From Pseudoalteromonas tetraodonis (lineage in GTDB: Bacteria > Pseudomonadota > Gammaproteobacteria > Enterobacterales > Alteromonadaceae): a stretch of DNA of 32,000 bases. Where the stretch lies: the NCBI RefSeq assembly GCF_002310835.1, contig NZ_CP011041.1, positions 3,210,001 through 3,242,000 on the forward strand. Direction: 5' to 3'. Shown piece after piece: positions 24,117 through 32,000 of the stretch. The stretch's first letter is position 1. Each line of letters begins with the position of its first letter. The notes under the pieces are model-generated. The model was not told where the DNA came from and searched no databases. It saw nothing but the letters and a program-made list of their open reading frames with translations. The position numbers and the translations under genes are program-made.

Positions 24117-24147
24117 GCTTAAATGCATCTTTATTGAGAATAAAACC

Positions 24148-25365
24148 ATGACTAACTATGTTGCTTTTAATGCACAGCACGCTATTAATTACATCAATTC
24201 ATTAATTGAATCTAATCAATACGACTTTTTTAAGCCGGGACAAGCGCTTACCGCTTATGAATTTGGTGACGGTAATCTCAACTTAGTATTTAGAATTACG
24301 GATGAGCTAAACAACAGTATTATATTAAAGCAAGCTTTACCGTATGCGCGTTGTGTAGGTGAGTCGTGGCCATTAACACTTGATAGGGCACGAATTGAGG
24401 CAGAAGTTTTACTTAATCATGGGACTATTTGCCCTGCGCATACGGTTACTGTTTTACATTACAATAAAGACTTAGCTCTGACCATTTTAGAAGATTTAGG
24501 TGATTTGCAAATTTTGCGAACAGCGCAAAATAATGCTGAACAATTTCCAAACCTTGCTCACCACGTAGCTGTGTATTTAAGCCAAACGGGCTTTTATAAC
24601 TCTGACTTTTATTTATTAGCGCAAGATAAAAAAGCACGTATTAGCCAATTTACCAACCCTGAACTGTGCCAAATTACTGAAGATTTATTTTTTAGCGATC
24701 CGTACACAGAACATGAACGCAACAACTATCCGGCACAATTACAAACTGAAGTTGAGGCTATTCGTAAAAACGGGGCATTAAAACTTGAAGTAGCAAAGCT
24801 AAAAGCTAACTTTTTATCGAACCCACAAACCTTGTTGCATGGCGATATGCACAGCGGAAGTATTTTTGTTAATCAAACTACCACTAAAATGATCGACCCT
24901 GAGTTTGGCTTTTTTGGCCCTATTGGCTTTGATATTGGATCTTTTATCGGTAACTTACTACTAAATTACTGTGCTCAGCACGGTCGCATTGACGACTTTG
25001 TAGCACGTCGTAATTATCAAACCCATTTATTAAGTACATTGGTTGAATGCTACGCCACATTTGAACAACAGTGGTTTGAGCTCATAAATAAGCAAACAAC
25101 TGATGAGACACTTAAAGCTTCAGGCTACGCAGAGTATTTTATGAAACATGTTTTACAAGATGCTATTGGCTACTGTGGCATAGAGCTAATTAGACGCACT
25201 ATAGGCCTTGCTAATGTAATTGATATAGAAGGCATTACCGATGAGGCCGCACGGTTAAACGTACAAAAACAAACATTAGCACTGGGTGAGCAATTGATTT
25301 TAAATGCCCACACTTGCGATACTAAAGACGCGTTTTTCAGCTTGCTAATAAGCCATTTAAATTAG
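24148..25365 (+). CDS. mtnK: 5-methylthioribose kinase
   Basis: The N-terminus MTNYVAFNAQHAINY..GDGNLNLVFR..KQALPYARCVGESWPLTLDRARIEAE aligns to Klebsiella MtnK. It has the kinase motif LLHGDMHSGSIF. The tracked ATG at 24115 falls inside the predicted -10 element, so I use the ATG at 24148. Confidence 0.9.
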   Translation: MTNYVAFNAQHAINYINSLIESNQYDFFKPGQALTAYEFGDGNLNLVFRITDELNNSIILKQALPYARCVGESWPLTLDRARIEAEVLLNHGTICPAHTVTVLHYNKDLALTILEDLGDLQILRTAQNNAEQFPNLAHHVAVYLSQTGFYNSDFYLLAQDKKARISQFTNPELCQITEDLFFSDPYTEHERNNYPAQLQTEVEAIRKNGALKLEVAKLKANFLSNPQTLLHGDMHSGSIFVNQTTTKMIDPEFGFFGPIGFDIGSFIGNLLLNYCAQHGRIDDFVARRNYQTHLLSTLVECYATFEQQWFELINKQTTDETLKASGYAEYFMKHVLQDAIGYCGIELIRRTIGLANVIDIEGITDEAARLNVQKQTLALGEQLILNAHTCDTKDAFFSLLISHLN

Positions 25366-25401
25366 GGTCTGTTTGACCCTAAACTAAGTCTTTATTTTAT
25401 T

Positions 25402-25426
25402 AAAAAAGGCGCTTTAAGCGCCTTTT
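25402..25426. terminator. Bidirectional rho-independent terminator between convergent mtnK and the gltB-like gene
   Basis: AAAAAA-GGCGC-tttaa-GCGCC-TTTT. A second hairpin, TTAGGGTC/GACCCTAA, overlaps the mtnK stop (25362-25382). Confidence 0.75.
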
Positions 25427-25435
25427 AAGCTATAT

Positions 25436-26917
25436 TTAATGATAGTGCTCGTACATTTTATCTAGTGGCTCAGAAAGACCGCTCTCTTGCACTATACGCA
25501 CATGTTTGCGTTTTAATTCGCGAGCACTGGTAACGCCACAAGAATGTGCAATAAGCCCCGCACCGTAATGAATGTATTTATTATAATTTGCGACCCGCTG
25601 CGCTTTATCCTCAACATTTAAACCACGCTGTAAACGTTCATTATGCGTAGTAATTCCTGTGGGGCAGGTATCTTTATTACATTGCATAGCCTGAATGCAG
25701 CCTAGTGCAAACATATGTCCACGTGCAGACACAACAAAGTCGGCACCTAGTGCTAATGCCCACGCAACTTTTGAGGGCACAATTAATTTGCCAGAGACAA
25801 TAATTTTAACTCGCTCTCTAAGGCCATGCTTTTTTAGTAACTGAATAACTAAAGGAAGACTTTCTTTTAGCGGTAACCCCACCGAATCGAGTAAAGACTG
25901 AGGCGCAGCGCCGGTACCACCATCAGCACTATCTATGGTAATGAAGTCGGGTGCAGACTCAATACCACGATGATTTATCTCGGCAAATAAACTTTCTAAC
26001 CAAGCATGTTCACCAATTACCGCTTTAAAGCCTGTCGGTTTACCGGTTGTACTTCTTATCGTGGTGAGCATGTCTAAAATATCGTTTGGATTTTTTATTT
26101 CTGGGTGCCCATTTGGGCTAATTGAATCCTGCCCCTCAGGTATGCCTCTTATTTTAGCAATTTCAGCATTCACTTTTCGCCCAGGTAACATACCGCCTTT
26201 ACCTGGCTTGGCACCTTGGCTCATTTTCAGCTCAAACATTTTAACTGCTGGGTGTGCAGCAACGGCTTTTAGTTTTTCTGTGCTTAAATTTCCCTGCTCG
26301 TCGCGTACACCATATTTAGCCGTACCAATTTGAAACACGATATCGGCACCACCTTCTAAGTGATACGGACTAAGTCCGCCTTCCCCCGTGTTCATCCAAC
26401 AACCGGCTAATTTTGCCCCCTTTGAGAGTGCACGAACAGCAGGACTAGATAACGCGCCAAAGCTCATGCCCGATATATTAAATAACGAATTTGTGGTGTA
26501 AGGAAATTTACAATAAGGCCCAAGCGTTACGTTGCTAGGCGCTAGGGCTTCTTCATCTAAGGTAGGAAATGCGCAGTTCATAAACATTACGGTGCCTGTC
26601 GTTTCTAAGCTTTGGGTTGAACCAAAAGCAGCCGTATGATCAACATCTTTAGCAGCCCGATATACCCAACTGCGTTCGGCGCGATTAAAGGGCATTTCTT
26701 CACGGTCGAGAGCAAAAAAATACTGACGAAAAAACTCACCTTGGCGTTCAAAAAAGTAGCGAAAACGTCCAATTACTGGATAATTACGCCTAATAGCATG
26801 CTTTGTTTGGGTAACATCTCGAACATAAAAAATAGCAATTAATATAACCAGCAATCCAAATACAACAATAAATAAGCTGGCAAACACATCGATACTGAAC
26901 ATTATAAATTGACTCAT
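25436..26917 (-). CDS. FMN-binding glutamate-synthase-domain family protein (GltB FMN-domain homologue) with an N-terminal TM anchor
   Basis: KMSQGAKPGKGGMLPGRKV and ..DSADGGTGAAP.. are typical of the GltS FMN domain. The N-terminal helix is FASLFIVVFGLLVILIAIFYV. Its physiological function is unknown. Confidence 0.75.
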   Translation of the reverse strand: MSQFIMFSIDVFASLFIVVFGLLVILIAIFYVRDVTQTKHAIRRNYPVIGRFRYFFERQGEFFRQYFFALDREEMPFNRAERSWVYRAAKDVDHTAAFGSTQSLETTGTVMFMNCAFPTLDEEALAPSNVTLGPYCKFPYTTNSLFNISGMSFGALSSPAVRALSKGAKLAGCWMNTGEGGLSPYHLEGGADIVFQIGTAKYGVRDEQGNLSTEKLKAVAAHPAVKMFELKMSQGAKPGKGGMLPGRKVNAEIAKIRGIPEGQDSISPNGHPEIKNPNDILDMLTTIRSTTGKPTGFKAVIGEHAWLESLFAEINHRGIESAPDFITIDSADGGTGAAPQSLLDSVGLPLKESLPLVIQLLKKHGLRERVKIIVSGKLIVPSKVAWALALGADFVVSARGHMFALGCIQAMQCNKDTCPTGITTHNERLQRGLNVEDKAQRVANYNKYIHYGAGLIAHSCGVTSARELKRKHVRIVQESGLSEPLDKMYEHYH

Positions 26918-26994
26918 TACTTATCCTTAAATGCTAAAAAAGCGTGATGTCATTAAATAACACCACACTTTTATAGTTTCAAAATAATGCGCTT

Positions 26995-28773
26995 TTAGCT
27001 ATCTGTTTTTGCTAATTCTGCTTGTATATACAAACGTATTTGCTGCTCAAGCACCGACAAAGGCACTGAACCATGGCGCAATATTTGATGATGAAACTCA
27101 CGAATATCAAACTGCTGACCTAATGCTTGCTCGGCCTCTGCACGCAGACGTTTAATTGTTAACTCACCAATTTTGTATGACAACGCTTGTGCAGGCCATG
27201 AAATATAACGATCGGTTTCTGTTTTTACATTGTGTAATGAAAGCGCCGTATTATCGGCCATAAAATTCATTGCACGCTCACGACTCCAGCCGTACATGTG
27301 CATACCCGTATCAACCACTAAACGTGCAGCACGCCACATTTCGTAGGTTAAACGACCAAAGTTGCTGTACGGGTCTTGATAAAAACCCGCTTCAACACCT
27401 AAGTACTCTGAATACAGTCCCCAGCCCTCACCAAACGCTGATAAATACGCATCACGGCGATAGCTAGGTAAGCTTTCAAGTTCTGCATTGAGTGATATTT
27501 GTAAATGATGACCCGGAACAGCTTCGTGCAAAGTTAATGCTTCTAAAGCGTAGAGTGGTCGTTTATCTAAAGCGTAGGTATTCACCCAATAAAAGCCGGC
27601 TTGATCATCACGGCTCGAACCCGAATAGCGCCCAGTAGTGTACTTAGGAGCAATATTGGCAGGCACCGGCGCTACGCCATAAGGTTTGCGCGGTAAGGTA
27701 TGAAATAATTTAGGCAACTGCGCATCCATTTTTTTGGCAATATACGCGGCCTCTTTTAATAATTGCTCAGGCGTTGTGGCGTAAAACTGCGGATCTGTTC
27801 GTAAAAAGTGGATAAATTCTGCAAACGTGCCTTTAAAACCTACTTCTTTAATAACCGCTTCCATTTCACTACGAATGCGCGCAACCTCCGCTAAACCCAG
27901 CTCATGTATTTCTTTTGGGGTCATTTGTGTGGTGGTGTAATATTTAGCACGATTTGCATAAAAGGCCTCACCATTTGGTGTTGACGAAATACCAATATCA
28001 CTACGTGCGCCTGGTAAGTATTCGTTATTAAAAAAAGTTAAGTAGTCTTTGTAGGCATTAATAACTTGGCTACTGATAATTGCTTTAGCTTGTTGTTGCA
28101 AATCTGCAAATTCACTATCACTTAAACCCGCGGTATTGTTTAAAAATGGCTTATAAAATTCAGATTGTGTGACGTCATCAACAATGTAAGCAGTAATCGA
28201 GTCTTGATAACCAATTAACACCGCTTTGGGTTGAGTTAAACCAACCTCTAATCCTTTACGCATCCATGCCATATTTTGCTCAAAAAAGCGCGGAACTTGC
28301 TGTAATCGCTTTAAATAGTGTTGATAATCTTGTGCGGTTTTATAATCAGAGCTATTAACAATAAACGATAGGCTTGAATGGAATCCATATTCTGACGTTA
28401 AAGGCATGTAGTGCGTATTAAATACATATTCATCAACACTATTTTGCACTTGCGCTCGAATAATACTGTAGTTAATTTGGTTTTCATCACTGAGCTTACT
28501 TACATCTATGGCATCTAAATCTGCTAATAACTGGGTGTTTTTTTGATATTGCTGCGCTAAAAATTCAGCTGACAAATTAGGTAATAAGTAGCCATCAACT
28601 CCTTCGGGGTTACTATACGGGCTAACATTTTGGCGATGCTGTACGATATTTTCAGCCGCTTGCGTAAATTGTTGATCCGCATTAATTGCGGTGAGCTGAC
28701 ACGCGCTTAGTGAGCACACTAAAGTGACACTTAATAAGGAAAGACGCATTTGTTTTGAAAGAGATAAATTCAT
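26995..28773 (-). CDS. DUF885 family lipoprotein (metallopeptidase-like HEXXH)
   Basis: I start it at the ATG at 28773: MNLSLSKQMRLSLLSVTLVCSLSAC with the lipobox LSAC. It carries HEAVPGHHLQ, the motif characteristic of DUF885. Confidence 0.7.
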   Translation of the reverse strand: MNLSLSKQMRLSLLSVTLVCSLSACQLTAINADQQFTQAAENIVQHRQNVSPYSNPEGVDGYLLPNLSAEFLAQQYQKNTQLLADLDAIDVSKLSDENQINYSIIRAQVQNSVDEYVFNTHYMPLTSEYGFHSSLSFIVNSSDYKTAQDYQHYLKRLQQVPRFFEQNMAWMRKGLEVGLTQPKAVLIGYQDSITAYIVDDVTQSEFYKPFLNNTAGLSDSEFADLQQQAKAIISSQVINAYKDYLTFFNNEYLPGARSDIGISSTPNGEAFYANRAKYYTTTQMTPKEIHELGLAEVARIRSEMEAVIKEVGFKGTFAEFIHFLRTDPQFYATTPEQLLKEAAYIAKKMDAQLPKLFHTLPRKPYGVAPVPANIAPKYTTGRYSGSSRDDQAGFYWVNTYALDKRPLYALEALTLHEAVPGHHLQISLNAELESLPSYRRDAYLSAFGEGWGLYSEYLGVEAGFYQDPYSNFGRLTYEMWRAARLVVDTGMHMYGWSRERAMNFMADNTALSLHNVKTETDRYISWPAQALSYKIGELTIKRLRAEAEQALGQQFDIREFHHQILRHGSVPLSVLEQQIRLYIQAELAKTDS

Positions 28774-28878
28774 AGTGAGTGATCTTAGTAATATTACAGA
28801 TGTGATAAACCTATCGTAGCCTAGATAAATAGCAAATAGATATACGACCAACTGCGCAAAATATACGCCCGTGAGACA

Positions 28879-28902
28879 TTGTATTAACTTAAGTTAATAC
28901 AA
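28879..28902. promoter_or_regulatory. Perfect 24-bp palindrome, a candidate operator for a dimeric DNA-binding protein
   Basis: TTGTATTAACTT|AAGTTAATACAA is identical to its reverse complement. It lies in the 324-bp divergent region between the DUF885 gene and the GGDEF gene. Confidence 0.5.
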
Positions 28903-29097
28903 AACTATAAATAACTTAGAGTAATTGCTCAGAAAAACAACGGTTATTGAAATTATAGTGCTATTTTAGCCAACTCCGACTCATTTTACTTTTAAATAAC
29001 GGATATAATGATTATTGTATCGTTGCTTGGAAGCAAATTGCCTCATTGGACGAGTTTTATAAATCAGCATTTATGCGTATTTGGTTGGTAATTGCAA

Positions 29098-30075
29098 ATG
29101 ATGTTCCATGATTCCATGGCTTTAGCACAAGAAAAAATGACAAAAGTATGTATGTTTTTAGAGCATCATGTTTTGCCTCCTACCCCCTTAAATTTTCAAG
29201 TTGTGTATACATACATTAGTAAAATCCATTTTGCGCTTAATAATGCCATTGATAATGCCATAGATGCCCATCAAAATATTGATGAGCTGTTTATTGAACA
29301 ACTCTATTTTGAATATTTAAATCAAGGGCATAAAACCGAAGTAGCAATAATTGAAAACGTCAATGGCGTGATCAATTCACTATCGCAAAATGCTCAACAG
29401 ACCGAAAAAAAGCTAAATGACTTTGCAGGTCATGTTAATGACTGTATGCACTCTCTAGATGAAAATAATATTGCCAACAGCCGTATTGCTTTAGAAAGGC
29501 TTAATGAACAAACTCAGCTTTTATTAACGCAACAAGCACAATTTAAACACCAACTAAGTCAGGCCAAAAAACTACACGAAGCAACTAAAAAACAACTTAA
29601 TACCTTACGCAAACAACATGTGATTGACCCACAAACTGGCTTATATAAACGCCATTATTTAACCAAACAAACACAGTTATGGTTAAAACAAGACAAATCA
29701 ATCTCAGCTATTGCAATTCAAATTGATAATTTAGAGCATTTTATTAATAATTTTGGCGATGCCATTGGCGAAGTGATTTTAAATAAAGTGGCTAAGCAAG
29801 TGCAAAAATATGTTTCGCAAAGTGGCTTAGCTGGGCGCTCTGCAAAAGATCAATTCATCGTTTTACTTGCTAACATAGAGCCCGAAACCGCTAACCTTAT
29901 TGCACAAAAAGTGATAAGCGGAGTTGAAAAGCTACGTTTTATTAGTTCAAAAAGCGATCTAAAACTACCCCCCATTTCTCTCTCACTAGGGATCACTGAG
30001 CAACAACAAGGCGACTTTAACCAGCTGGTTAAAAGTGCCTCAAACGCCGCTTTTAAGTCACACTCTTCTCAATAA
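29098..30075 (+). CDS. GGDEF-domain protein with a degenerate active site (AKDQF) and an N-terminal coiled-coil region
   Basis: The domain landmarks are DPQTGLYKRHYL, AIQIDNLEHFINNFGDAIGEVIL, GRSAKDQFIVLL (GGDEF position, nt 29842-29856) and ISLSLGIT. The start is uncertain: TTG 29092, ATG 29098 or ATG 29101. Confidence 0.75.
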   Translation: MMFHDSMALAQEKMTKVCMFLEHHVLPPTPLNFQVVYTYISKIHFALNNAIDNAIDAHQNIDELFIEQLYFEYLNQGHKTEVAIIENVNGVINSLSQNAQQTEKKLNDFAGHVNDCMHSLDENNIANSRIALERLNEQTQLLLTQQAQFKHQLSQAKKLHEATKKQLNTLRKQHVIDPQTGLYKRHYLTKQTQLWLKQDKSISAIAIQIDNLEHFINNFGDAIGEVILNKVAKQVQKYVSQSGLAGRSAKDQFIVLLANIEPETANLIAQKVISGVEKLRFISSKSDLKLPPISLSLGITEQQQGDFNQLVKSASNAAFKSHSSQ

Positions 30076-30183
30076 CCCAGTACACTGTTCAAACAATAAA
30101 ATTAACTGATAAATCATATTCAAATTGCACCCTTGGTGCACAATCAAGTACACTAGTCTTTATTACCACGATAGAGATTAATC

Positions 30184-30939
30184 ATGAACGAGAACCCTGA
30201 AAAGACCACGCATTTTGGCTATAAAACTGTTGCCGAAACCGAAAAAGCTTCTATGGTTGCTGATGTATTTCATTCTGTTGCGACAAAGTACGATGTTATG
30301 AATGATCTCATGTCTTTTGGTATTCATCGTTTATGGAAACGTCAAACAATTGCCAGCTCAGGTATTCGTAAAGGTCATCATGTATTAGATTTAGCCGGTG
30401 GTACTGGCGATTTAACTGCAAAGTTTAGCCAGCTTGTTGGCGAAACCGGTCAGGTTGTTTTAGGTGATATAAACTCTTCAATGTTAAAAGTAGGCCGCGA
30501 AAAGCTGCATAACTTAGGCCTTGTAGGCAACATTGATTACGTACAAATGAATGCCGAAGCCTTGCCTTTCCCTGATAATAGCTTTGATTTAATTACGATT
30601 GCTTTTGGTTTACGTAATGTGACGGATCAAAATAAAGCGCTGCGCTCTATGTATCGTATTTTAAAGCCAGGTGGTCGTTTACTCATTCTTGAGTTTTCAA
30701 AACCAGAGCAAGAATTGTTGAGCAAAGCATATGATTTTTACTCTTTCAACATTTTACCTACTATGGGTAAGTTGGTTGCTAACGATAGTGAATCATACCA
30801 ATATTTAGCTGAGTCAATTCGTATGCATCCAGATCAAGAAACGCTAAAAGCGATGATGGTCGAAGCAGGATTTGAACAAGCAACTTATCAAAACCTTACA
30901 GGCGGCATTGTTGCACTTCACCGTGGGTTTAAATACTAA
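30184..30939 (+). CDS. ubiE: Ubiquinone/menaquinone biosynthesis C-methyltransferase
   Basis: [35 protein letters not shown] and the SAM motif [11 protein letters not shown] are present. 251 aa. Confidence 0.93.
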   Translation: MNENPEKTTHFGYKTVAETEKASMVADVFHSVATKYDVMNDLMSFGIHRLWKRQTIASSGIRKGHHVLDLAGGTGDLTAKFSQLVGETGQVVLGDINSSMLKVGREKLHNLGLVGNIDYVQMNAEALPFPDNSFDLITIAFGLRNVTDQNKALRSMYRILKPGGRLLILEFSKPEQELLSKAYDFYSFNILPTMGKLVANDSESYQYLAESIRMHPDQETLKAMMVEAGFEQATYQNLTGGIVALHRGFKY

Positions 30940-30951
30940 GGTTAGTAATTT

Positions 30952-31611
30952 ATGGCGCTTGAAGAAAACAATAAAGAACAATCGGCTGAAAGCAGTTTTT
31001 TTATGCTACCGAGCTTTGTGCTTTCGCTTATTGAACAAGTATTAAATCAAGCGCTTAAACTCGACCCGAGCTTAGTCGATAAGCTAAAAGCGGTAGAACA
31101 TCAGCGTTTATTAGTTGAAGTTAGAGATTGGCAGCAAAAAATAGCCATTACTTATGCCAATCAGCAGCTACATCTTTACACTGCATTAGCACATGCTGAC
31201 GCTGACTGTATGATCAGTGCCAATATAAACACCTTGTTAGCTCTTAAAAATCCAGCCATGCTTACCCAGCTTATACGTCAAGACAAACTTGATTTGCAAG
31301 GGGATTTAAACATAGCTCAAAATTATAGCTCCGCCTTTTCAAGTTTAGACATTGATTGGCCAGAGCAACTAGCAAAGTATGTTGGGGATGCACCTGCACA
31401 GCAACTTTATTTGCACTTTCAGTCGTTTAAGCAGCAAGGTAAAAAAGCAAAATCACAGCTCGATAGCACCTTGATTAGCCTGTTCCAAGATGAATTGGCA
31501 ATTACAATTCACCCATTAGAGCTTGCGCAATTTAAACAACAAAATAGAGCACTAAAAAGCCAAGTTGCTGCCATTGAGCAACGCATTAACGCCCTAATTA
31601 AAGCACTTTAA
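30952..31611 (+). CDS. ubiJ: Ubiquinone biosynthesis accessory factor UbiJ (SCP2-domain protein, YigP)
   Basis: It sits between ubiE and ubiB. It has an N-terminal SCP2-like region (VLNQALKLDPSLVDKLKAVEHQRLLVEV) and a C-terminal coiled coil. 219 aa. Confidence 0.75.
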   Translation: MALEENNKEQSAESSFFMLPSFVLSLIEQVLNQALKLDPSLVDKLKAVEHQRLLVEVRDWQQKIAITYANQQLHLYTALAHADADCMISANINTLLALKNPAMLTQLIRQDKLDLQGDLNIAQNYSSAFSSLDIDWPEQLAKYVGDAPAQQLYLHFQSFKQQGKKAKSQLDSTLISLFQDELAITIHPLELAQFKQQNRALKSQVAAIEQRINALIKAL

Positions 31612-31628
31612 CGCGCTAAGGATTTTTT

Positions 31629-32000
31629 GTGTCAACTGCCCGACTGTATTACATAACTAAAACCCTGCTTAGCTACGGACTCGATGAGCTTATTCCAAAA
31701 CACAAAGTACCTTGGTTTGCTAAACTTGCACGAGGAAGTTTGTTTTGGTTGCGCAACCAACACAAAAATAAACCCCCGGGCTTAAGACTTCGTTTAGCGC
31801 TGCAACAACTTGGCCCGGTATGGATAAAATTTGGCCAAATGCTCTCAACCCGTCGTGACTTGTTACCCCACGATATCGCGCTAGAGTTAGCCTTTTTACA
31901 AGATCAGGTAGAACCTTTTGAAGGTGAATTAGCGCAAAAGATCATCGAAAAAGCATTAGAAATAGATGATATTAGCCAGCTATTTAGCGAGTTTTCACAA
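31629..32000 (+). CDS. ubiB: Ubiquinone biosynthesis protein kinase-like UbiB, N-terminal part. It continues beyond the window and is not in the ORF track.
   Basis: GTG at 31629 follows the SD AAGGA (31618-31622). The translation (V)[76 protein letters not shown] is classic UbiB, and the frame stays open to nt 32000. Confidence 0.88.
   Translation, partial: MSTARLYYITKTLLSYGLDELIPKHKVPWFAKLARGSLFWLRNQHKNKPPGLRLRLALQQLGPVWIKFGQMLSTRRDLLPHDIALELAFLQDQVEPFEGELAQKIIEKALEIDDISQLFSEFSQ

Noticed and set aside
24446-27467. ORFs 24446-24637(-), 26061-26333(+), 26636-26842(+) and 27270-27467(+)
   Set aside because: They are antisense shadows inside mtnK, the GltB-like gene and the DUF885 gene.
30126-30140. 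Hairpin TGCACC-ctt-GGTGCA after the GGDEF gene as a terminator
   Set aside because: It has a 3-nt loop and no downstream U tract. It lies 44 nt upstream of the ubiE start and is not convincing as a terminator.

Overview
This window looks like ordinary core chromosome from an AT-rich marine gammaproteobacterium. The gene order and protein sequences suggest Alteromonadales or Pseudoalteromonas, but that is inference without a database search. I found no transposase, integrase, phage gene, CRISPR array, rRNA or recognisable defence system, and no convincing novel multi-gene system. Gene content, left to right:
- yheS (ABC-F, 5'-truncated), a DUF2390-like gene, a small XRE regulator plus membrane protein module, a 48-aa membrane peptide missing from the ORF track, yheT and yheU.
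- A secreted M19 dipeptidase and an orphan membrane-anchored protein.
- The classical thrU-tyrU-glyT-thrT-tufB operon on the minus strand, preceded by murB-birA-coaX joined by ATGA overlaps.
- A secreted M1 (LTA4-hydrolase-like) aminopeptidase, a YccT/DUF2057-like protein and hinT.
- A CsgD/VpsT-like regulator next to a 7-TM unorthodox hybrid histidine kinase, then manC.
- A complete methionine-salvage locus: aminotransferase plus omega-amidase, mtnBCD, mtnA and mtnK.
- A membrane-anchored GltB-like FMN protein, a DUF885 lipoprotein, a degenerate GGDEF protein, and ubiE-ubiJ-ubiB (3'-truncated).

The structures that the genes do not explain are:
- Three decayed copies of the tuf 3' end, each with its own hairpins, stacked downstream of tufB. 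Two of them form a 133-bp tandem repeat.
- A (GGGCTAC)x9 heptanucleotide repeat, a G-quadruplex-type motif, between two convergent genes.
- A perfect 24-bp palindrome in a divergent promoter region.
- MetJ-box-like tandem octamers in the mtn promoters.
- Non-canonical signalling proteins: a Glu at the receiver acceptor site, a W-Y-R-R motif at the VpsT c-di-GMP position, and AKDQF in place of GGDEF.

All product calls rest on motif and sequence recall, not on searches.
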